DNA from: Synechococcus sp. A15-28
GTDB taxonomy: Bacteria; Cyanobacteriota; Cyanobacteriia; PCC-6307; Cyanobiaceae
Length of the DNA: 32,000 nt
Direction: 5' to 3'
Assembly: GCF_014280175.1 (NCBI RefSeq)
Contig: NZ_CP047931.1
Location: 1,230,001 to 1,262,000 of the forward strand
Positions within the stretch are counted from its first letter, which is position 1. Each line of letters opens with the position of its first letter. The translations under genes and the position numbers were made by a program. The notes under the pieces were generated by a model. It saw only the letters and a list, made by a program, of their open reading frames with translations. It was not told where the DNA came from and made no database searches. Positions 17,393 to 25,424 of the stretch are shown here, in pieces.

Positions 17393-17593
17393 TCAGAGGG
17401 TCTGCCAGGTGCTGGTGAGCCACTGGGGGGCAACGCTCCACCAGACTGCGACAGCCACAAAAATGGCCATCAAGCCAATGAGGCTGGTGATCAGCGTTTC
17501 TTCGCGCTGAGCATCGGACGTGACTTTTCTGACTTTTCCCAAGGATCGATCGGTCTCTGCTGATGGTGTAGGTCGGCAGAAATCGATCGTCAT
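17393..17593 (-). CDS. Small C-terminally anchored membrane protein (66 aa)
   Basis: ATG at 17593, a charged N-terminal half, then the TM helix LITSLIGLMAIFVAVAVWWSVA. Confidence 0.4.
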   Translation of the reverse strand: MTIDFCRPTPSAETDRSLGKVRKVTSDAQREETLITSLIGLMAIFVAVAVWWSVAPQWLTSTWQTL

Positions 17594-17943
17594 CGGTGAA
17601 AACACCGACCGTTCAATAGACGCCGAAGACGTCAGAGGAAGTCGAAGTTGTCCTCATCATCCTCATCTTCATTGGACTGGATCCACAAAGCCGCCACAGG
17701 GAAGATCAAACATCTCGCAAGAAGAATTTCCATCAACCAGAAAAGCTTTGAACACTAAAAACCCAATTAACTGCTTCAAGGATGTCGGTCACAACCAACC
17801 CCTTAATCACTCAACATGGTTGCGGATGATTCAAACCCTTCCGATTAAGCAGATTCACTTAAACGGCCTGCAACGAATCATCCGATACGTTTTTATGATC
17901 GATCAAAACAGATGATTGAAATATTCATTCAACGCTTCAACCG

Positions 17944-18021
17944 ATGGAACTGATTGCACTGGCCATCATCGTTGGCATCAGCGGAGGCCTTGCCGCCCGC
18001 TTGACCCCACGCAAATGCTGA
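17944..18021 (+). CDS. Tiny hydrophobic ORF (25 aa)
   Basis: MELIALAIIVGISGGLAARLTPRKC is a single TM-like helix with a basic tail, at the edge of an AT-rich islet. Confidence 0.25.
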   Translation: MELIALAIIVGISGGLAARLTPRKC

Positions 18022-18024
18022 ACC

Positions 18025-18099
18025 ATGTACACCCTCACCGCTGCCCTTGTGACCGCTGGGTTTATCGGCTTGTTCAGTCCAATCATTGCCCTGTTCTGA
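18025..18099 (+). CDS. Tiny hydrophobic ORF (24 aa)
   Basis: MYTLTAALVTAGFIGLFSPIIALF starts 3 nt after the stop of the preceding tiny ORF. Confidence 0.25.
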   Translation: MYTLTAALVTAGFIGLFSPIIALF

Positions 18100-18124
18100 G
18101 TCATCCACATCCAGCAGAAGAGGC

Positions 18125-18544
18125 TTAGAACCGTCCTTGCACAAGACGAAAGTCCCAATCCGTGAATGGAGCTCGCAGCTTCACCAACTCCTGATACGCG
18201 GGGCTTTTGTAAAAATCGATGCCGTCCTGGAGGGTCTTGCCCTTGCAGGCAGTCACCACCGTCAAGGGACCTCCATCACCTTCCATCAGCAAGGTGTTGC
18301 GCTGGCGAACGAGATACTCACAGCCCCACTCCTCCATCAGGGCATCCACCTTTTCGATGTAGCCCTTCATGGCTGGTTCGGCCTTGGTGGTTCCAGTCAC
18401 AACTGCCATGCCGTAATTCTGCTGAGGCTTCGGGATCAGCACCCCGGCAATCAGCCCAATCGATCCGGCTGCGATGCCGACAACGGCCGTGAGGTTGAAA
18501 CGCATCGGATCAATCAGCAGTGTTCCGTCATCATCGCTGGCCAA
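18125..18544 (-). CDS. Membrane-anchored DUF1330-like protein
   Basis: The C-terminal part (YIEKVDALMEEWGCEYLVRQ...MEGDGG...YKSPAYQELVKLR) fits the remembered DUF1330 pattern. An N-terminal TM helix is AVVGIAAGSIGLIAGVLI. The track start is TTG at 18544, directly after the DoxX stop; an ATG is at 18505. Confidence 0.6.
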   Translation of the reverse strand: MASDDDGTLLIDPMRFNLTAVVGIAAGSIGLIAGVLIPKPQQNYGMAVVTGTTKAEPAMKGYIEKVDALMEEWGCEYLVRQRNTLLMEGDGGPLTVVTACKGKTLQDGIDFYKSPAYQELVKLRAPFTDWDFRLVQGRF

Positions 18545-18934
18545 TCACCGGTGCCGTAGCCAACGAAAGCTGGGCACTGCTCCTGCACTGGACCGAGTGA
18601 GCGCCAACAACAATGCACCAATCAGGGCCACGTTCATGAAGAAGCCGCTATCCACCGGAAACGTGTGAAAAAGCAGCGTGGTGGGCACGAGAAACACCAG
18701 CAGCAGCGACGCCCCGAGCCGGGTGTTCGTTCCAAAAACAAAAACAACCGATCCGAAGATCAAACAGGTGATGGCACTGGCCAGGAGACATCCAGCCAAG
18801 GGTTCGGCGATCCCTTTTGAAGCGATCACATCAACCGTTCCGCTGAAATCCGTCACTTTTCCGGGAACGGCTTTGACAAACAACGCAGCCATTAAAACTC
18901 GCCCGAGCCAATCGAGCAGGAGCTGAGAGGTCAT
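18545..18934 (-). CDS. DoxX-family membrane protein
   Basis: Four hydrophobic helices, about 129 aa and a DoxX-like pattern (GRVLMAALFV..GK). The ATG overlaps the upstream stop (ATGA at 18931-18934). Confidence 0.75.
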   Translation of the reverse strand: MTSQLLLDWLGRVLMAALFVKAVPGKVTDFSGTVDVIASKGIAEPLAGCLLASAITCLIFGSVVFVFGTNTRLGASLLLVFLVPTTLLFHTFPVDSGFFMNVALIGALLLALTRSSAGAVPSFRWLRHR

Positions 18935-19128
18935 GTCCAGTTTTTCCAGATAAAACGCTCATCCCAATCTCCCCTGACGGCCCGGATGAATGCATCCTCC
19001 GACTCATCGGTCATGAAGCAATACGCAATCACCTTGTTGTCGTCGTCTTTGATCGCCAGAACATCATCCGACGGCGGTGACGTGGCTGACGAGAAAATTT
19101 TGCCGTCTCTCAGGATGAAGCGATGCAT
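18931..19128 (-). CDS. Small hypothetical protein (65 aa), first gene of the DoxX operon
   Basis: ATG start, an acidic sequence, and translational coupling to the DoxX gene. Confidence 0.45.
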   Translation of the reverse strand: MHRFILRDGKIFSSATSPPSDDVLAIKDDDNKVIAYCFMTDESEDAFIRAVRGDWDERFIWKNWT

Positions 19129-19277
19129 CGTCTTCAGACGGGGATTTCTTCAACCTAGCCACGCAAATCCAACGTAAATGTGACGACTCAAACCAAAGCA
19201 TTCGTCATGGCGCCCTGTCAGAGCTGGACAACGTGATACTGGGGGACTAAGACAGAAATGTCGTCACCACGACGCAG

Positions 19278-19344
19278 CGTTCACTTCGCTTTCTGCGGAG
19301 CGCAGCTCGACTCAGGCCATGGAACGGGGGTCTGGGCTTGCTTC
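19278..19344 (+). promoter_or_regulatory. Structured leader RNA, copy 1 (glutamine-riboswitch-like, glnA RNA / Downstream-peptide family)
   Basis: CGUUC (19278-19282) pairs with GAACG in GGAACGGGG (19321-19329). The internal hairpin is CUUCGC/UUUCU/GCGGAG. The 44-nt 3' block is 40/44 identical to copy 2. It sits upstream of a short ORF. Confidence 0.6.
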
Positions 19345-19355
19345 CCTTGGATGCG

Positions 19356-19532
19356 ATGACAACAATGGTTTGGAACGGATCAGCTTTTGGCCCTCAGGAT
19401 CGTGAGGCCGCCAAACGTGAGGCGCTGGTACGGCGTCTTGAGTCAGCCTTAGCAGGTCCTGATGGGCAGCACTCGGCCCAGTACTGCGGCACGGCATACC
19501 TGCGCCGAAACGGCTTTTCGGCTCTGCGCTGA
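19356..19532 (+). CDS. Small ORF (58 aa) downstream of leader copy 1
   Basis: MTTMVWNGSAFGPQDREAAKREALVRRLESALAGPDGQHSAQYCGTAYLRRNGFSALR. The ATG is 27 nt after the conserved leader. It ends 14 nt before the selO start. Confidence 0.4.
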   Translation: MTTMVWNGSAFGPQDREAAKREALVRRLESALAGPDGQHSAQYCGTAYLRRNGFSALR

Positions 19533-19546
19533 CCGATCAGGCCGCA

Positions 19547-21268
19547 GTGATGCTTTCAATAGCATCAGCGGATCGCTGGTTCGACCCCATGCCCACCGTC
19601 GCGCACAGTTTTGAGGACTTCAGCCAGCGGATCGACTACTCACTGCTGAAAGCGCTGAAGCCTGATCCTGAAGCCACAGCGGACGGCAATGACCACCGCC
19701 CCAGGCCGGTGTTCTCAGGCCACTGGGTGCCGGTGAAGCCCACACCCATTCCGGATCCGAAATACGTCGCCCACAGCTTCCGTTTGTTCGCGGAACTTGG
19801 TCTCAGCGATGACCTCGCCCACAACGCCGACTTCACCCGGCTCTTCTCCGGTGATGCATCGGTGGCAACCGACCCGATGCACCCGTGGGGGTGGGCCACC
19901 GGCTATGCCCTGTCGATCTACGGCACGGAATACATCCAGCAGTGCCCCTTCGGCACCGGCAACGGCTACGGCGACGGCCGGGCGATGTCGATCGTTGAGG
20001 GGGTTTTTGAGGGCCAGCGCTGGGAGATGCAACTGAAGGGCGGCGGCCCGACCCCCTACTGCCGTGGGGCCGATGGCCGGGCCGTACTCCGCTCCAGCGT
20101 GCGCGAATTTCTGGCCCAGGAGTTCATGCATGCCCTCGGCGTTCCCACCTCCCGTTCACTGGCGCTGTATCGCTCCGAAGCCGAAACGGTGCGACGCCCC
20201 TGGTACTCGGACCAGTCACGCTCCTTTGATCCCGACGTGATGGTCGACAACCAGGCCGCCATCAGCACTCGGGTGGCGCCGTCGTTTCTGCGGGTGGGGC
20301 AGATCGAGCTGTTCGCACGCCGCGCACGCGACAACGCCCATCCCGATGCCCAGGAGGAACTGCGGCTGATAGTGCAGCACCTGATCGACCGCAACTACCG
20401 CACCGAGATTGACGCCGCCCTGCCCTTCCATCAGCAGGTGCTGGAGCTGGCGCGTCTGTTCCGCAGTCGACTCACGGCCCTGGTCGCCAACTGGATGCGC
20501 GTCGGCTACTGCCAGGGCAACTTCAACAGCGACAACTGCGCAGCCGGCGGTTACACCCTCGACTACGGCCCCTTCGGCTTCTGCGAATTGTTCGACCCCC
20601 GCTTCCAACCCTGGACCGGTGGTGGGGCCCACTTCTCCTTCTTCAATCAGCCGACAGCAGCGGAGGCCAACTACCGGATGTTCTGGCGATCCCTGCGCAC
20701 TCTGCTGGAGGGGGATGACGCAGCCCAGCGCGAGCTCGATCTACTCAACGAAGGGTTTGCAGTGGCCATGCAGCAGCAACTGGAGGCGATGTGGGCCAGC
20801 AAGCTGGCACTCCCCGCCTACGACGAAGCCCTGGTGACCGAGCTGTTGCAGCTGTTGGTGGCCGCCAAGGCCGACTACATCAAGGCCTTCCGCCTGCTCT
20901 CGGCCATTCCCGAGCGGGTCGCCGAGTTGCACGCGAGTTTCTACCTGCCCTGTTCCGAAGACCTGGATCAACGCTGGCAGACCTGGCTGCAACGCTGGCG
21001 CGAGCGGATCACCGCCAACGGCAACCTGGAGGAGACGTCTGCGGCCATGCGGCGCGTCAACCCCGCCATCACCTGGCGGGAATGGCTGATCGCCCCCGCC
21101 TATCAACAGGCGGAGCTGGGCGACAACAGCCTGGTGCTGGAACTGCAGACCCTGTTCAGCAACCCCTACAGCGACCCCTCCCCTGAACTGGCGGCCCGCT
21201 ACGACCAACTCAGGCCGCAGCAGTTCTTCAGCGCCGGCGGCATCTCTCACTACAGCTGTTCGTCCTGA
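19547..21268 (+). CDS. selO: Protein adenylyltransferase SelO (YdiU/UPF0061)
   Basis: Collinear with remembered E. coli SelO: GDGRA, LKGGGPTPY..GDGRAVLRSSVREFL..E.MH.LG+PT+R, RVAPS.LR.G, N.DN, LDYGPFGF and the C-terminal SCSS. The start is GTG 19547 or ATG 19550. Confidence 0.92.
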   Translation: MMLSIASADRWFDPMPTVAHSFEDFSQRIDYSLLKALKPDPEATADGNDHRPRPVFSGHWVPVKPTPIPDPKYVAHSFRLFAELGLSDDLAHNADFTRLFSGDASVATDPMHPWGWATGYALSIYGTEYIQQCPFGTGNGYGDGRAMSIVEGVFEGQRWEMQLKGGGPTPYCRGADGRAVLRSSVREFLAQEFMHALGVPTSRSLALYRSEAETVRRPWYSDQSRSFDPDVMVDNQAAISTRVAPSFLRVGQIELFARRARDNAHPDAQEELRLIVQHLIDRNYRTEIDAALPFHQQVLELARLFRSRLTALVANWMRVGYCQGNFNSDNCAAGGYTLDYGPFGFCELFDPRFQPWTGGGAHFSFFNQPTAAEANYRMFWRSLRTLLEGDDAAQRELDLLNEGFAVAMQQQLEAMWASKLALPAYDEALVTELLQLLVAAKADYIKAFRLLSAIPERVAELHASFYLPCSEDLDQRWQTWLQRWRERITANGNLEETSAAMRRVNPAITWREWLIAPAYQQAELGDNSLVLELQTLFSNPYSDPSPELAARYDQLRPQQFFSAGGISHYSCSS

Positions 21269-21309
21269 ACGTGACAGCTTGGGGGCGCCCCACACCACGG
21301 CAACGGCTG

Positions 21310-21762
21310 ATGACCGCCAGCTCGATCCAGCCCCAGCAGACGCACCGGAGCAACCCGGTGCAAGGCGTCTGGAGCCTTATCTCCTACGTGGTGGAGGTGC
21401 AGGGAACCGGTGAAACCTTTGCGCCGATGGGAGAGCAGCCCACGGGTTATGTGATCTTCACGGCCGAAGGTCGGTTGTCCTTCACCCTGTCAGCCCAGGG
21501 GCGCCAGCCCGCGACCACCGCTGAAGAACAATCCCATCTGCTCAACAGCATGATTGCCTACACCGGCAGCTACCGGTTGGAGGGGGATCGCTGGATCACC
21601 CAGGTTGATGTGGCCTGGAATCCCTCCTGGGTCGGCACGGAGCAGACCCGTTTTTACCGGGTGGAGAACGATCAGTTGATCGTCAGCACCCCATGGCGGG
21701 TGATGCCCAACTGGCCGGAGAAGGGAATGACCCGCAGCATCGTGCGCTTTCAGCGCTGTTGA
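21310..21762 (+). CDS. Lipocalin-like domain protein
   Basis: GVWSLISYVV...PTGYVIFTAEGRLSF...IAYTGSYRLEGDRWITQVDVAWNPSWVGTEQTRFYRVENDQLIV fits the remembered lipocalin-like (PF13924-type) pattern. The ATG at 21310 is preferred over GTG at 21271. Confidence 0.6.
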   Translation: MTASSIQPQQTHRSNPVQGVWSLISYVVEVQGTGETFAPMGEQPTGYVIFTAEGRLSFTLSAQGRQPATTAEEQSHLLNSMIAYTGSYRLEGDRWITQVDVAWNPSWVGTEQTRFYRVENDQLIVSTPWRVMPNWPEKGMTRSIVRFQRC

Positions 21763-21779
21763 TCGATCCGAGCTGATCC

Positions 21780-22283
21780 ATGCACGAGGCAATCCTCGAC
21801 TTCTGGTTCGAGCAGTGCCGACCTTGGCAGTGGTTTCGCCGCAGCGAGGCGTTCGATCTGGAGGTTCGCTGGCGGTTCGGTGCGCTGGTGGAACAGGCCC
21901 TGGCTGGCGGCCTGCACAGCTGGGAGGCGGAGCCGTCATCGTGCCTGGCCCTGGTGCTGCTGCTGGATCAGTTCAGCCGCCAGCTCTGGCGGGGCGAGGC
22001 CCGGGCCTTTGTCGGTGATGAACAGGCGCTGCGGTTGAGCCAGCGGGCCCAAGCGCTGGGGTGGATCACCTTGGAACCGCAACGGGCCAGACGCCAGTTC
22101 TGGCTGATGCCGATGCTGCACAGCGAGAACGCTGTCGTGGTGCAGCGGGCGATCCCACTGCTGCAGATCCACGTGGACCAGGCCACGGCGGACCTGGCCC
22201 AGCACAACCTCGATCAGCCGCAACGCTTCGGGCGCTACCCCTGGCGGGACCGGGCCCGGGGAAGTGAGCAGAATCACCCCTGA
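21780..22283 (+). CDS. DUF924 protein
   Basis: ILDFWF, LLLDQFSR, MPxxHSE and RFGRYPxR blocks are typical of DUF924. Confidence 0.8.
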   Translation: MHEAILDFWFEQCRPWQWFRRSEAFDLEVRWRFGALVEQALAGGLHSWEAEPSSCLALVLLLDQFSRQLWRGEARAFVGDEQALRLSQRAQALGWITLEPQRARRQFWLMPMLHSENAVVVQRAIPLLQIHVDQATADLAQHNLDQPQRFGRYPWRDRARGSEQNHP

Positions 22284-22336
22284 CAGGCCACACCACCCTT
22301 GCTAGAACCAGTACACCTGTACCACAAAGGCATGGC

Positions 22337-22636
22337 ATGGCTCTGGCAAGCAAGGAAGCACCGCCGTTCCTCGGCTTCAAGGCTGGAGACCTGGTCCTCG
22401 TTGAGCCGCTCGCAAGCGACACCTGTGCTGGCAGCGAATGGTGGATGGGCTGGATCATCCATGTGGATGGAGGAGCACGAGATCCGCGCGTGCCGACGTT
22501 GTTCCAGGTCGCTGACTGCGATACAGGCCTTGTGCGCTGGATCAGTGCCGACGAAGCGACCCGACTGGTGCTGAGCGGCCTGGAAACCAGCAACGTGGTG
22601 GACTTCACATCGGAGCGCCACAAGCGCGTGTCGTGA
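22337..22636 (+). CDS. DUF3104-like cyanobacterial protein
   Basis: GDLVLV...WWMGWIIHVDGGARDPRVPTLFQVADCDTGLVRWISADE resembles the remembered DUF3104 pattern. Confidence 0.6.
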   Translation: MALASKEAPPFLGFKAGDLVLVEPLASDTCAGSEWWMGWIIHVDGGARDPRVPTLFQVADCDTGLVRWISADEATRLVLSGLETSNVVDFTSERHKRVS

Positions 22637-22700
22637 GCTCTGAACAAACTGCACAAAACCGCGTGCACACATGTTTTGATAACGCCAATTCAGTATTGCG

Positions 22701-22913
22701 ATGGCAAGATATTTACTGCGAGATGGCAACAAGATTTCCGCCAGTATTGACCCTCGCACGTTGGATGCGTACAGCTACAAAGACAAGCAGGGCAATGTTG
22801 TCAATGCCCTGCTATCTGCACGCGCTGAACGTCAACTTCTGAACGCCATCCCCATGCCATCGCTGCCGATTGCCGCACGCATGCAGAGGGCGATGGGTCG
22901 CATCAGCGCCTGA
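22701..22913 (+). CDS. Hypothetical protein (70 aa)
   Basis: ATG start, a lower-GC segment and a plausible sequence. No family was recognised. Confidence 0.4.
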   Translation: MARYLLRDGNKISASIDPRTLDAYSYKDKQGNVVNALLSARAERQLLNAIPMPSLPIAARMQRAMGRISA

Positions 22914-22922
22914 AGGCTGGGT

Positions 22923-23408
22923 TCACTTGATCCACTCCGTGGTCGGCAGACCTTCCACAGACGCCACCATCACCCAAACAACTGTGGGGGTGTCTCCCTT
23001 GTTCTCTACAAAGTGGGGTTCTGAGGCACCTTCAGTGAAGCTCTCGCCGGGCTTGAACACGCTGCTCACCTCGCTGCCATCCGGCTGCACACGGGTGTTG
23101 AGCAGTTCACCGGAATCGGTGGCCTGCATATACACCAGCATAGGGGCAGGGTGGGTGTGCAAGGGGATCTTGCCTCCCGAAGGGAGCTCAACGCGGAACA
23201 GACGCAATTCCGGCTTGCCCTCGGGGTATTGCAGATCGGTCCCGTTCAGGGTCTTGCTGCCGCTGAAGATCGCTTCGATCTTGGCGTCCGTCGATGGGGC
23301 GTCCGTGGAAGCCTGATCAGTGGAGCTTGTTGACCCGCCGGCGCAGCCAACAACACCCAGCATCAACAGGGCTGACGCCGCCATTGATGGAAAAGCTGTC
23401 TTCAGCAT
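22923..23408 (-). CDS. Cupin-domain lipoprotein
   Basis: Lipobox LGVVGC after a signal peptide, and cupin motifs GKIPLHTHPAP and GESFTEGASEPHFVENKG. Confidence 0.72.
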   Translation of the reverse strand: MLKTAFPSMAASALLMLGVVGCAGGSTSSTDQASTDAPSTDAKIEAIFSGSKTLNGTDLQYPEGKPELRLFRVELPSGGKIPLHTHPAPMLVYMQATDSGELLNTRVQPDGSEVSSVFKPGESFTEGASEPHFVENKGDTPTVVWVMVASVEGLPTTEWIK

Positions 23409-23452
23409 GAGCCGGAACGGGGTTGGAGATGCCTGCAGTGTGCCGCGAATTC

Positions 23453-23677
23453 TCAGGCCACCCAGCGGTCCGCATCCATGATCCGCTTGATCAGCAACCC
23501 GAGTCGCTTGACCTCGTCGAAATTCACGTTCTTCACCGCCTGATCCAGACCACTGTCAATCCAGGCCCCATCACGTTTCTCGTAGATCGTGAAGTCCTGA
23601 TCCAGGCGCTCACGCCGGATGCAGTAGGTGACGCCGTCGTCATGGAGAAAATCGGCGGAGTGCAACTGCAGGGCCAT
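23453..23677 (-). CDS. Hypothetical protein (74 aa)
   Basis: ATG start and a plausible globular sequence. No family was recognised. Confidence 0.45.
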   Translation of the reverse strand: MALQLHSADFLHDDGVTYCIRRERLDQDFTIYEKRDGAWIDSGLDQAVKNVNFDEVKRLGLLIKRIMDADRWVA

Positions 23678-23740
23678 CGATCGGTGCCGTCACTCCCGTA
23701 ATCCTGGCAATAGCTTGATCGCAACCACGCACCTGGATCC

Positions 23741-24985
23741 ATGACGGCCGCAGCCTTGCCCAACACAGGTGCGGTGACAGGCCTTGGCGAGACACTGGCC
23801 TTTTTTCGCGATCCATCCTTCAGCCAGCGCCGCTTCAGTGAGCTGGGAGACGTGTTCGAAACCAAGCTGCTGGCCCAGAGCATCGTGTTCATCCGCGGCG
23901 AACGCGCCATCGGAGACCTCCTGAAGCAGGAAGACTCCCTTCAAGGCTGGTGGCCGGACAGCGTGCGGCAGCTGCTGGGGAGCAAGTCTCTCGCCAACCG
24001 CAGCGGTGCGGACCACAAAGCGCGTCGCCGCGTGGTGGGACAGCTGTTCTCCAGTGCTGCCCTCAGCCGTTACACCCCACAGATCGAAGCCCTGGTCGAC
24101 GACCTTGCTGATGAGCTGCAGCACACTGATGGGCCGGTTCCCCTGGCAGCGCGGATGCGCCGCTTCGCCTTCTCGGTGATCGCCACAACGGTGTTGGGGT
24201 TGGACAACGCAAACCGCGACGCCCTGTTCACCGATTTCGAGATCTGGACGCGCGCCCTGTTTTCAATCCCCCTCGCCCTGCCAGGGACGCCCTTCGCCCG
24301 CGCCCTTGCCGCTCGGCAACGCCTCCTGGCACGACTGAAGACCGTGCTGCAGACCAGCAACGTCGAAAGGAAAGGTGGCCTTGATCTGCTCAGCGGCGGA
24401 CTGGATGAAGCGGGACTCCCGCTTGATGACGACGATCTTGTTGAACAACTGCTGCTGCTGCTCTTCGCCGGCTACGAAACCACCGCATCCTCATTGAGCT
24501 GCCTGTTCCGGGCGCTGCTGCTGAACCCGGAGGTGGAGCACTGGCTGATGCAGGATCTGAACAGCCACGAACGTCCGTCAAGGCTGGATGCCACCGTCCT
24601 GGAAGTGATGCGGATGACTCCGCCGGTGGGCGGCTTCTTCCGGAGAAACACCCAGTCGATCGAGCTGGCGGATGTGGCGATTCCCCAGGGACGCGTAATT
24701 CAGGTGGTGCTGAGCTCCTCGAGTGCGACGGACCAGACCGACCTGGAGGCCTTCCGGCCGCAGCGTCATCTGGATGGTTCGTTCCAGCAGACCCTGCTGC
24801 CCTTCGGTGGGGGTGAACGGGTGTGCCTGGGGAAAGCCTTGGCGGAACTGGAGATCCGGCTGATGGCGACGGGGCTGCTGCAACGCGTTCAGTTGCAACT
24901 GGAGCCCGATCAGGATCTCAGCCTTCAGTTGATTCCAAGCCCGACGCCTCGCGATGGACTTCTGGTGACGGCAACAGCCCGTTGA
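23741..24985 (+). CDS. Cytochrome P450
   Basis: Heme-binding loop FGGGERVCLG, I-helix AGYETTA, and ExxR (EVMR). Confidence 0.9.
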   Translation: MTAAALPNTGAVTGLGETLAFFRDPSFSQRRFSELGDVFETKLLAQSIVFIRGERAIGDLLKQEDSLQGWWPDSVRQLLGSKSLANRSGADHKARRRVVGQLFSSAALSRYTPQIEALVDDLADELQHTDGPVPLAARMRRFAFSVIATTVLGLDNANRDALFTDFEIWTRALFSIPLALPGTPFARALAARQRLLARLKTVLQTSNVERKGGLDLLSGGLDEAGLPLDDDDLVEQLLLLLFAGYETTASSLSCLFRALLLNPEVEHWLMQDLNSHERPSRLDATVLEVMRMTPPVGGFFRRNTQSIELADVAIPQGRVIQVVLSSSSATDQTDLEAFRPQRHLDGSFQQTLLPFGGGERVCLGKALAELEIRLMATGLLQRVQLQLEPDQDLSLQLIPSPTPRDGLLVTATAR

Positions 24986-24995
24986 ACCGAAGTGT

Positions 24996-25148
24996 TCACT
25001 CCTTCCTGGACGGCTTGATCCATTCACCGGTCTTCACGGAGACCACAGCGAAACTCCCCACAAACACAAGCGCAAACACCACCAGTACGGCCGCGGTGAG
25101 GTTGCTGATCTCCAGCTCACCGAGCATGAAGGCCAATGGTTCAGGCAT
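24996..25148 (-). CDS. Possible small single-TM protein (50 aa)
   Basis: Sub-threshold ORF MPEPLAFMLGELEISNLTAAVLVVFALVFVGSFAVVSVKTGEWIKPSRKE, convergent with the P450 gene. Confidence 0.35.
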   Translation of the reverse strand: MPEPLAFMLGELEISNLTAAVLVVFALVFVGSFAVVSVKTGEWIKPSRKE

Positions 25149-25172
25149 CGCAACCTCGACGGAAGCGAGAGC

Positions 25173-25424
25173 CTAAAGCTGCGGTGTGATCGCGTCGTTG
25201 GGGAAGAACTCCTCAAACACACAGATGCGATCTGCCCAGCGCATCTCCACTTCAAAACGCATGAGGCGCTGACGGACCCACATCAAGGTGTCGACATCAA
25301 TGGGTTTGTGGACCTTCAGCTTCTGGGCTCTGACCCAGTCGTCCTTGTTCTGAGGGGGGTTCATCTCATCAACCAATCGTTCCCATAACGTAAGGATGTT
25401 GCTCAACGGCGCCGTCAACGTCAT
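25173..25424 (-). CDS. Hypothetical protein (83 aa)
   Basis: ATG start and a plausible sequence. No family was recognised. Confidence 0.45.
   Translation of the reverse strand: MTLTAPLSNILTLWERLVDEMNPPQNKDDWVRAQKLKVHKPIDVDTLMWVRQRLMRFEVEMRWADRICVFEEFFPNDAITPQL

Noticed and set aside
17127-17915. Listed ORFs 17127..17510 and 17520..17915.
   Set aside because: Their translations are basic and low in complexity. They cross an AT-rich region and overlap more plausible small ORFs on either strand. No family resemblance was seen.
19216-19230. The palindrome TGTCAGAGCTGGACA upstream of leader copy 1, as an NtcA/CRP-type site.
   Set aside because: The spacing is TGT-N9-ACA, one short of the TGT-N10-ACA (GTA-N8-TAC) geometry, and the GTA/TAC triplets are not present.
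21780-22283. Possible C-terminal truncation or frameshift of the DUF924 protein. It ends ...RFGRYPWRDRARGSEQNHP, where I remember ...RFGRFPHRNxxLGRxST.EE.
   Set aside because: The difference is within what family divergence could explain, and I cannot align it reliably from memory. No alternative frame continuing the motif was evident.
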